64,000 nt of DNA. It comes from Raillietiella orientalis (taxonomy: Eukaryota). Location: assembly GCA_036172245.1 (NCBI GenBank), contig JAYWIR010000034.1, positions 1,364,001-1,428,000 on the forward strand. The letters are read 5' to 3'. Below the pieces are notes generated by a model. It was not told the origin of the DNA, ran no database searches, and saw nothing but the letters and a program-made list of their open reading frames with translations. Below are positions 1 through 10,689 of this stretch, piece by piece. Within the stretch, counting starts at the first letter, position 1; each line of letters starts with the position of its first letter. Position numbers and translations under genes: made by a program.

Positions 1-2949
1 GAGATTTCCCGCTTCAGTCGGCGAGGTTGTCCAGACGTGCTGGAACGGGACGCTTCCTGCTCCAGTGCTGCTCTCATAAGCAAGCACTCCTTGGCTCTGG
101 ACGGTGCGCTCCTTGGCTCTTACACGACACAGTGGGCTGCCCTCCTCCGCTTCTTCAGCCTGATTTTCCGGCCTTGTCCCCGCACTTTTGCGCACCTCTT
201 GTGTGCTCCTTTCGAATGCCTCCAGCCGTCGCCTCCAGCTCTTGTCTCTTCGCAGCCGGTCCGCGTTCTGGCGATTCCCCCGGCCTGCGTGTCAACACCA
301 CCGACCTGTTCTCGGCTGTTCTTCTGGGCGCGCACCCAGTAGAACGGCACGAAATCTCAGCCGTTCTTTTTCATTTCAATTTCTTTTTCATGTTTTTTCT
401 TTTCCTCGCGTAGCAATCAGATCTTTCCCTGAGACCTTGGTTTGTATCTTCGGTTCGCAGATGGCGATTTTTCAAGATCGTTCCATTGCGCGCTCCCAAG
501 GTGAGCACGGGGAAACGCGAGATTCGCGTTGGTATTCTCACGATAAGATGGAGGAGAAGAGCTGATACGTTGTTTCCTCTCAGTACATCCCGAAAGCAAA
601 ATTCTGGAAAACCGTCTGGGATAGGTGAAACTTCAGATTGATTGATAATTGCAATCCACTGAAGATTTTCCTCAGCTATCATGGTCCAAGCGACTGGAGA
701 CCACGGAAGCTGATTTTTTAAGAATGAGATCCAAAATGCTTCTTGCTTTTTATCTTTTTTGTTTCGTATGATCGCTAGGCCTCCCTGTCCTATGAAAACG
801 ATTAGCTGTGAGACGGAGGCTTAGCTCACTCCTGATTTCGGAAAGGCGTCTTAAGGTGTCCTAAGATGAGATGAGGTCACAGAGGAGACTAGAAGGCTTT
901 CCATTACTGATCAGAACCGGGAGTAGATGATGCGCGGAGGAGGGGTTCCACTGACGCGCGTGAGGGTGCTCTTCTGCGTGCTGTCGAAGACGGTTTACTG
1001 CCGGGAACCGGACTCATGGTCAAGGGACAGTGGCTAAAACTCTCAGATGTGCTTTGAGGATTGGCCTTTCAGGAAGACTGGTCATTTCCGCAATAGAAAA
1101 GGAACATGGCCTCTTCTGTCGATAGGGAAGCCGGTGAATTTGCGAGGTTGCGCTCCTGCACAAGTAGTTCGACGAGCTGGAAAAAAGACCTTACTAAGTT
1201 GGAGCAGGGTAGAAGGAAGGAATGCATGGACAGGCATCATCCGTCTTCCTTTGTCTAGCCTGCAGCCTAAGGAGCTGAATCTCCCTCCCAATGTTCTTAC
1301 GGCCCTTCCTTAACCGACAGGGGTGTTAGGAATGACTGGAACCTTTCGATGGGATCTTGTAAAAGGCTAAGTTCGCGAGACTCTCTCAACTGTCACAAAG
1401 AGCTGAAGATACTCCAGGACTGGCTGAAGCATGTCGTCTGCAGAGTGGCTCGTAGGGCTCACCTAGAAGTTTCGTAACCTCCACAGAAGAGCTACAGAGT
1501 TTGGTTTGCTGGCCGTGAGGCGATGGACGTGATCAAGTCGTGGATGTTCCTAGAACTCAGAAGCGTTTCGATCGGGAAAACCTTCCTCTCCCTCTGGCGT
1601 TTTGAAGGAGATTCTTCACGAATACGTTCCATTTGATTCTTCTGGTAGGCAGAACTTTTGCTTCAGTTCGAAGGGTCCGTCCGAGGACGCTCTCCTGACG
1701 CAGGTTCTCATCTTGTGCATTAGACAACAATTCCTCGCCTTATGCGTAAGAACATACTTCTTCAAACGGTTCTCAAAAGTCTTATTCATGAAAACCACTT
1801 TTGTTCTTTCCCGGCAGCTTAAGGAAGAACCAAGTGATCCTGAAGTGCTTCAGGTCGAAGTGTGAATGCAGCACTTCACATCTAGTCAACAATTCAACAC
1901 CCGCGGTCAACGAGTGCTCAACTGACAGAACGAGGTCTTGTGCATCGAGTTTTTGTGCCCTTCTTACTCGTAAAAGGCCAAGAGAGCCTCCATGAATGAG
2001 AATGTACTTTGTAAGTAGCCTTTCGCAAAATCCGCTTTCGTTTCCCAGTTTTTAGAGCACGGAACAGGAGCACGGGACATGTGCAGTCTGTCGTCCGAAG
2101 CAGCCCCCTCTGACGTAGGTGCCGAGAGAAGGAAACTTTCCTGCATTGGAATTAAACAAGGGAAGAAGGACCTAGTCAAGAGGTGGTATCCATAGAAAAT
2201 CGCGTTCTGAAGAAGGGTAGGCTGTTTTGCGTGCAATGGAAATCCGGATCTTGATGGTGCTGTGACATGTTTTCAGGATATCAGGATAAAAAAAGAAAGA
2301 AAGAAAGAACATAATGAATGCACAAGAATGGAAGGCAATGCAACCCAACGTTCGAACAGGAGGAATGCTAACGTTAAAACGAGTTAATAAAGACTCCAAC
2401 CCAATAAATAGCGTGACCTTCTTTCTGATAGGTAGTCGAAGCGATGATTACAACTGGGGAGGGGGGAACAAAATGAAAAAGAAAAAACTCACCGCGGCAT
2501 AGATGTCAGCAGTTCATGTTTTGGATAGGCAAGAGATTTGGACTCTCAAAAAGTAAAACATGGTTTTGCCAAGGAGGACATCTGCGCGAGGAGAGAGAAA
2601 ATCTCCTTTCCTTTCCTGTTTAGAAGATAGCAGCCAACCTCTCTTCTCTCTTTTATTTTCGTTCTTGGAGTCTTGATGAAGTAATGGAAGTCATTTGTTT
2701 TCTTTCCGACTATTCGGATCAGTTTCTCCTGTGAGGGAGCAAAGCGTGAGGTCGAGCTAACTGGAGAGAGTTCAAGATGCCTGCGAGATGGACGGGTCGC
2801 GCTAGGGATATCATCTAACGCAGACAGTCGTCTCAAAGTTTCTGTCTTCAAAATAGCATTCGAGCCCTACGGGATGCGCCCCGTTTTCCGAAGAGTGCCC
2901 TCTGGTTGCTCGCTTGTGTTTCTTCGGGCATGCATCTGCACTGATCAAT

Positions 2950-3360
2950 CATTTCGTCACTAAGTGACAAGCAGCGTTTCTTCAGGGAAATGGCGTCCTT
3001 TACGAATGCAAATGAGTTCGTTGAAGAGAAAATCCTTCCCTGATTAAAGAGCATTTCAGTAGTCAGGATGGGCACATCTCACCAAGAATGCACCCGGCCT
3101 GGGCTTCTCTGTCGCGATTTGCGTGGAGATCATTTAGCCAAACGCAGGCGGCTGTGTCCAGAACAGATGGTAAGACTCCAGATCAGATCGAGTCAAGGAT
3201 CGGGAAGACCACACTTAGAGCAACAATACAATCAACAGAGATCACTGTTGGCAGAGGAATCTCTCTGGTTTGGTTTGCACAACTGGCCGCTGATTTTTCT
3301 GCTTGATGAACAGCAAAGTGATGGTAACTTTGAGAAAATAGCAGCACTCAAGCACTAGCA
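2950..3360 (+). pseudogene. Decayed P-loop NTPase fragment (AAA+/STAND-like)
   Basis: Frameshifted Walker A at 3188-3216 (SSQGSG in one frame, GKTTL in another) and Walker B-like LIFLLDEQ at 3290-3313. The A-B spacing is short, so a deletion or a chance match is possible. Confidence 0.45.
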
Positions 3361-4329
3361 TTCCTGGGCACTTTGGTCTCCCATTAAATTTTCCGTTTCA
3401 TACAGCATCTTTTGAGCTGCTTGCAATCTCCAGGGACATCTATTGGTCGCGTTGCTTGGAAGTGTTTCGAAAAGTTGGCGTGCCGTGGTGCGACGAACTG
3501 CTAGAAGAAACTTCGGACATCCACGGCGTGATGCGATGGTGTGAGGTGAAGTTTGGAACGCGATCACAGTGTGGATTTCCAGAGTCAACCAGTGTTCGAC
3601 AGCTACGGGTCCCAGGACCACTTTGTTCACTCAGAGGTCCAGCGGGAAGATGGAGGTTTAAGATTCAAACTACGGATAAGACTTCATTGATCAAGGAATC
3701 TTACGATCTTGAGAAATTCAGAGCTGGAGATCCCAAACGCGGAGAGAAGGTTGAACAGGACCTACTCTCGGCACATTGAAGAAGATCAGAATCGTGTTAA
3801 AGAGTCCGTGAACGTCTCCAGCCGCTTCGTGCCAGAGGAACTGTGCTGACTCTTTGCAAATGCAAGAGAACGGGCGCCACCTTGCACTTTCGAGAGCAAA
3901 AATGCCATGTGGTGTTGGGTCTATGGTTTTTCAAATAGATTCCAAAGATTTGGTCAAAAATCAGGATTGGAAAGAGAAGGAATGAAGGACCTGCGGGTAA
4001 GGCACTAATTTGAGTTAGGTACTCTGTTTTCGCCTACGGCTACGAAAGTTCACCACTTCCCTCCGAAATTTTTCTTAGGAGCGTTCGGTCTTCGATCGGC
4101 ACCTGCGCTCAAGAATTCCAAATCCGTGGACCCGCAGTGGCCCTCTTAAGATCGCTGCTCGACTTGGCAAGGCTTGGAGGGAAAGAAAGCAGGGGCTTGT
4201 CGGAGTCGGTTTTAAGAGGCCTGCGTTGTGCCTTCCAACAAACTCCAACAGGATGGACCAAGCAGATGAAAAGCAGCTCGTAACCAACTACTTCACCTTC
4301 GAGATTTAACGTGAACTTCCTAACTGTTT

Positions 4330-4760
4330 TATTCCACGAACGGAAGGAGGAAGAGGAACAGGGCCTTAGTGAAGGATCTCAGCTGTTTCTGTCTACGAAT
4401 CATGCCAACGTCGGTCGCCCAGTCATTTAGTCCTACTCGCATGGCAGAAGGGACCGTTAAAAGTGCAGTCATCAGCAAGAACAATAAGTATATCTCCTTC
4501 TCTTCCACCCTTCGTGATATCCCTCTTTCCTGGAGGAAATTCGTTACCTCGCGTGTAAAGAGCCTTCTCACCCCCTTTCCTTCCCATTTCAACCTCAAAG
4601 ACATGAGGCGGCGTGAGAAGACGGAACTCTCCGCCAACCTCGAATGGGCTTCCAAGGATTCTTGTGCCTGCGGCAAGCTGACAAAATGGACTCTCTTGTC
4701 GGGACTCGGTAAGAATCAGGCGGGGGAGGGCGTCTGTGTGCTTCGATGCTTTCTGGAGAT
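4330..4760 (+). mobile_element. Ty3/gypsy integrase C-terminal relic (GPY/F module, possible chromodomain)
   Basis: Across frames: EGSQLFLSTNHANVGRP / LAWQKGPLKV / VISKNNKY...FVTSRVKS, resembling GD.V.LST...KL...W.GP..V...HVSRLK. A weak chromodomain-like KLTKW follows. Confidence 0.45.
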
Positions 4761-6719
4761 CTCTCGGTGCGCGCTTCCCATCCAGGCACGCATCAGGCAC
4801 GTTGAGGAAAGGTCAGTCATCTATAGCGAAACGGAAGAGCACGCAAGAGTCCTAATCGGAAAAGAAACCACAGCAAAAGAAGGGTGAAAAGGAGTGCCAG
4901 GGATAAAGGGTGAAGGGGCGGCTCAACAAATAAGTAAATAAAAATAAATAGGGGTGAGTATGAACCCGCCTCGTGATGCTGAACGGGATTTTTGAGATTC
5001 TGCGCAGAGCAAACACGGCGAGGGGGATGAAAACAGGGTGCTCTTTGTGCAACAAGGATGATTATTCGAGAAACAAGTAGGGATCCTCCTACTACCTCTT
5101 TTCTCTCCCCTCCTCCTCCAAAAAGTAATGGAGCACCCAAACCGAGCAAATCAATGAGGTGAAGCAGTATTCATCTCTCCCTCAGGCAGAGTTGGCCTTC
5201 GAAAGATTTAATTTGATGGTGAAAGTTGTGATGTGATCAGTTGAAAGGAGTGATGGGAGGGGGGAGGGGGGAGGAATAAAAAGAGATTGGGAGTCCTCTA
5301 CCTTCCTCCCCTCCTCTTCCTCCTCTTCCATCTCTTCGGGTGAAAGAGAGGCTTCGGGCTCTGGGATGCCGTCGAATCGAACGAAGGATTCGTATTCATG
5401 CGACGCGGCAACTCCGAGAAGACTCTAAGGAACGACTGAATGAGGGAAGGAAGGATAGGGGGAGGGGAAGCGAGCAGACAAACCGTGCTGGAAGCTGAAG
5501 CCATCTCTTCTACGAAAAGGATAACAGCAAAAGAATGCAGCCGAATCGGCCTCCTTCGCAACAGGAGTCAGCGGAAGATTAGGAAGCTGTCACGCTCCTG
5601 GATAGGCACCGCTGGCAACTCGCGGACGGCTGGAAATGAAAAACCAAATTGTCCCTACATGAAAGGAAAAGGAGGAGATGCGAGCGGCGAGAAATGATCA
5701 GAAGCCAGAAAGACTCACTCGGATTGTCAGGGGAAGATCGCAGGTTTAATTAAGACTGATTACGGGCGGGCTCCTGCCAAGAGGTTATTTGCTCTCTCGC
5801 TGCCCTGAATCCGGCGCATCCTTTCCTCGAAGAGAACGGAGAAATGGTAATGATAATGATAATGATGGGAACGACAGAGAGAATTCGAAAAGAAAAGGCA
5901 GTGGGGCTCTGACTGTTGAGCTACTCCGTAGGGACTCATCGTGCTGAGGGGGGCCTGAGCAGGCATTTCGTTGCGTAAACGGGCTAGTCAGGCAGGGAAT
6001 GACAACTTCGAGAACGAAGGATTCTCTCCTTTGAGAAACGAGAAAAGCGTCTCTGCTCCTCAAAAATGGATGGCATGCATCCTTTTCTCCTTCCAGGAAT
6101 CAGAAAGGTCTTCAAAGGCAAAAACATTCCCTAAGAGAACCCCATCCGAAGCGTCGAGAACGAAACCAGACGGGCAGGGAACTGTGACCTCCATAAGTGA
6201 CCGCACTATGGTCCCTAGGAGCTTTCTCTCCCTTCCAGCGGATGCTGACACCAAAAGCACTCCTCCTTCTCGGATCCTTTCCCTGTTTGGGGCGGACCAT
6301 CGAGAATGGTGATCAGTGATTCCTCCCTCCCCACTTAGTCATTCATTTCCCTCCTCCACTCCCTTTCCTCCTCCCTATTCCCGCCCCCAGCGAGGGTAGT
6401 CTCTTTCGTTTCGGGTCGGCACGAGTCTATCCATTTCCAATTATAAAAACTCCATTTATTTATTTTAGAAAAATGATCTGGCAATCCTGGATCAGACATT
6501 CCGACTAAAGCCAGCTCGTTTCCCTAGCAGCATCCATAAAAACATGCGGAAAACGAAACGACGCAAGACACGTGAGCTCGCGTTCCTCCTCTTCCTGGAG
6601 CTCCGTTAGCAAAGACAAGCTTCCTGATTTCAAACTTCATGTCCCGGAGGTTCCGTGCCTATTAGCCTTCTTTGATAAGCTCACTGGAAGTCTCGAATAC
6701 TCGTCTCCTGAATAGGACT

Positions 6720-7480
6720 TGGTGTTCTTCCACTACCGCAGAGGAAGCGTCTGGAGTGTCATCTTGTTCCTCCATATCAACCACATTTTCGGCGGGAGTG
6801 TTTCTTCTTATTGTCCTACCTTAGTTTCGCCCTCTTGCAAGTGGGTTGTTTATTCTGATCAGGTTCCTTCGGGATCCGACATCTTCACTCTTCTCGCTTC
6901 GGAGTCTTCGGGGTTTTCACAGGATATTGCTTGCCCCTGCAGCTATGGCTGGGCCCGGCTACTGCTGCATCCCATCTTCCCGAGGTCATGAGGAGATTCA
7001 CGGAAAAGTACCGGAGATGGCAGTGTCGAAGCAGGGGATGTGAACTCAGGATCTGGCTGGGCCCGGCTACTGCTGCATCCCATCTTCCCGAGGTCATGAG
7101 GAGATTCACGGAAAAGTACCGGAGATGGCAGTGTCGAAGCAGGGGATGTGAACTCAGGATCTTGCCATAGATGATGAAAGCGAAGGGCATTCTACACTTG
7201 AGCATGCTCGTGAAAAAGAGAAGCAGGAGGAGAAGGGGCAGATAGGGAAGCAGCAGAGAGTCCCACCACTCTGCCAGCCAGCCCCCGCAATGATTCAGCG
7301 CGCGCTGGGCTCGAGTAGGCGAGCTCAGCACGATCCTGAAGGATCGCTGCTCCGCAGCATTCCCTTGCATCAAGCTCCATGTCTCGTAGGTCTTGCAGCA
7401 GCTTCGTATGTGGAAAGGGATCAGGAGTGGGGCAAAGTAGGTGAATGTTCCCTTGCAACACTAGCAGTTGTGCAGCAAGA
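6720..7480 (-). mobile_element. hAT transposase relic (C-terminal dimerisation domain)
   Basis: AEWWDSLLLPYLP...FTS / SVE / FIIYGKILS resembles WW...P.L...TS..VER.FS..G.I.S. Upstream TPDPFPHTK resembles LDPRFK, and an acidic tail follows. Confidence 0.5.
6946..7161. repeat. Perfect 108-bp tandem duplication (2 copies)
   Basis: 6946-7053 is identical to 7054-7161 by direct reading. Confidence 0.97.
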
Positions 7481-8699
7481 CTCGCGCGACCGGCAGCATA
7501 TTGTGTCGATTGAGTGTTGCTCGACACAATGTAACTCTTGCGATCCACGTTGCAACTTCTGGGGAAGGAAGAACCGAGGAAAATCCCTGTTTTTAAGAGC
7601 GCTGCCGTCTTGCACAAGGAATGGAGGAAGCTTGCAGTTCTCTTTTCATCTTCCATGTATTCAGCGGAATGTGGAAGAGCTTCATCATCGGCTCCATCGA
7701 GACTGCACCGTGCGATCCGATTTCGTTTTCTTCCCCCTTCTCTTCCTTCAAAATGTCGGAGGAGATGGCGAGCATCTGGACTGTGGGCACGCGAATTGCG
7801 CGCACGCTCTTCGCTTTAGTGGTGGAGAGGCATCATGCCCATGGGGAGAGGGGGAGGAAGTCTAAAGGAAGACGATGATTATCGTTCAAGGAACGAGAGA
7901 CCTGAAGATTGACGCGGGACGGACCATGGGAGGGAAAGGGGAGGAGGAAAGAGAGGAAGAGCAGCGCAGTCGTCTCCTCGTGTCTCCGGAACGGCGGCGG
8001 TACACAAGGCTTCCCTTTCGACAAAGCGCGCGTTCCACCGGATCTGGGCGCAGGGACCAGCTGACTGAAACAGAGACGCATTAACTCCCAAAAGGGGAGA
8101 GGACTTTAGGGAACAATCTGCTTCTCCCATCAACACGTCTGGAGGAGTTTTCGGTCGGTGTACGCGCGCGTCAGTCAGGTCTCTAGCGCGTACACACGGA
8201 GACTCCTTTTCATCGAAAAGAGGGAATAGGAGGAAGAAGATGAAAAGAAGAAGATGAGAAAGAGAGGAAGGAGAAAAAGAGCTGCAGATTTCGTTATCGA
8301 GTGACACTCCTCTCGGCGGTGAGCGTGTGGGCGGACGGAGAGTTTTCGTGGAAGCCGCCGTCGTCTCCTTTGCTGGATATTTCATTTTTTAGTGTAGGAG
8401 GTGAAACCACGAAATGTCCACAGAAAGAAGAAGAGGCCGAAAGAGAGGGTCACTCAAGAGCAAGCACTCGGAAGACCTACGCACTTGCGAGAGCTCCTCT
8501 CGGCGACTCTGTGAGCGCATCTGGTGCTAGAGAAAGCTGCCAGCAGGGGAACATCGGAAGTTCAGAAGGTGGCCAACCTCTCGGATGAGCGGAGGAAAAG
8601 GAAGAAAAGAGAGTGTCCATTTGTGCATTTGTCCGATGCAGGGTGAGATGTCTGGAAGGAGTAGGGAAGGGGTTCGGAGGATCTCGGTTCAGTAGAGAA

Positions 8700-9010
8700 C
8701 GCTGTGAGGGAGAGGGTCCAATAAGAGGGATGGAGAGAAAGGAGGCTGGGAGAATTTCGGAACTGATACATTACGAAGGTGTTCCTCGATAAAGAGCCAA
8801 CGCTCATAATAAAAAGAGTCTTGTTTTGTTTTCGTTGCCACAAGTCGAAGAACAACAGACACAAAAAAGACATTAGGAATACTCTCGAAGTGCAAAGGAA
8901 GAAGAGATGCCTCAGACATGTAAAAGTCATAGGAACGGCAACTGACATCCCTTGCATCGGCCATAACGGAGCCGACAGCGCAGCGATCTCGGAGGGTAAC
9001 GCCCCAAGCC
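8700..9010 (+). mobile_element. RNase H1-like relic (type carried by some non-LTR retrotransposons)
   Basis: LRHVKVIGTATDIPCIGHNGADSAA resembles HVK.H.G..GNE.AD..A. Upstream GEGPIRGMERKEAG resembles the RAEL helix. Confidence 0.4.
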
Positions 9011-10689
9011 AGGAAAGGGAGGGAATGACTGGAGGAAATCCTCCGTAGCTTGTCGAGGAGGAGCCGTAGCAAACGGGAGAAAGGAAGGAGAACGGAGGAA
9101 GGGAAGGGTAAGCGAAGGAACTGCCAAATCTCGCTCTCGGGACCGCCTCAAACACGGCTTCTCCTGTCTCCTTCACTCCAGGATTAGTCCTTCTCTCCAA
9201 GAACGGGATTCCTAGTCTTTCTCAGAATCATTCTTCCCTTCCACTCCCTCGGTATTCCTTCTTCTATTTTACATTTATCCTGAATGCATTTAGAAGGGAG
9301 GGAGTTTTCCACAGTATCTATCGCTTCCTCGAGTGTTCGGTTTCCTCGTCGTCAGTGAAGAGCTGATCACGAGTAGACAGTTTCGCTTAATGTGAGGCAC
9401 CAAGGTTTTCTGCCACTGTAATACCCCTCTCTGATCGATATTCGGCATCGCGAGAATCCAAGGGTAGTCTTGATCTTCCCCTAGAGACTGCTGGATCACC
9501 TGGATCTGAGCTCGGTCGTTCGGAAGTTGCCTCAGCAGGTGCGTTCCAGGTGGATGTTCTGGCTATGTTGGATATTTGTTGCGCGCTATCGCCATTTTAT
9601 TCTGATCGTATTCATTCGCTTGCCTGCAATTTCCAGCTCTTGCAAAACTCGTTCTTAGGATATCAGGATATCAACATACTGCTGCTAATTCATCAGGAAA
9701 ACTGACTCTCGGGAGCAAATCGACAAGGACTTTTTATCCACATCAAGAGTCAACAAGCACCAATCAGCAGCTTCAGAGTCTATAGCAGCCTTGCCGAAAT
9801 CGGGGTTGAACTCCTAGAGGCTCCCCCTGCCCCCTATGCCTCCAAGTCCCATTTCGCTATCCCTTGCTTCCCTGTGGTTCACAGGCGGTCAGCATAGATT
9901 CTGCGCGAATTCTGCAGATGAACGTTAAAGAAGCGCAGAGCAAGCAGGAAGTGCATCGTTTCGAAGAAGAGAAGAAAAACAGGATCCTGGGAGAAAAATA
10001 TCCTGGAAACACCAGGTGGAAGTGAGAGAGAATTCCGGACTGCTGAGGAACAGGAAGGAGGAAGCACAGGATACACGGAAGACACTAGGAACACCACCCG
10101 GCGATGGCTCCCTCTGTAATACTACGAAAGATTCGAGCTCCCTCTCAGCTCCGATAGTGCACCTTCTTCCTAGCCAAAACAAACAGACGACAAACTCCCA
10201 TCTGGAGTTTCGAGATCGTAAGTTTTCTGAGAGCCAATGTGCGGAAGCAGACTTTTCAGGAAGAGCAGCCCATGCTCAAAGAATGATTAAATTTAGCAAC
10301 GACGAGAAGAGAAGACGTAAAAATTAGCAGTGAGAAAAGGGGACAAATCAGCGAAAAGTCAGTTCCTTAATGGTCCAGACATCTAATATTTCAGGATGCC
10401 AAGAAGAAACGCGAATGAACCCTGGCGTTCACTTCCTATCCAGCAGGAACTGCCGACAGTTTACCGATCATCAATTCATGTATGCCACGCGCCTTTATTG
10501 CCTGCCCATCGGAAGAGAAGCAGCTAAAAAACAGGTGAGAATCCAGAGTACGGCAATGCACGGAACGCTGACACAGATCTTAAACCCCTATCTTTATATC
10601 ACGAGGAGCCTTCATCAGACAAATTGAAACCCACAGATGGATGACAGAAGATCCTGACCAGCAAGGCACCAAGGGCACTCGGTGCGGAG

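Noticed and set aside
4075..4115. AFGLRSAPA as an RT (gypsy or DIRS) motif
   Set aside because: Isolated motif with no YxDD at the expected distance.
4329..4676. Minus-strand FTREVTNFLQERGI as an integrase core
   Set aside because: It overlaps a longer, ordered set of GPY/F motifs on the plus strand; treated as a chance shadow.
5845..5868. Short microsatellites and homopolymers, e.g. (TAATGA)n here, (TTTTG)n near 15575, (GT)n near 33190
   Set aside because: Ordinary simple repeats with no further structure.
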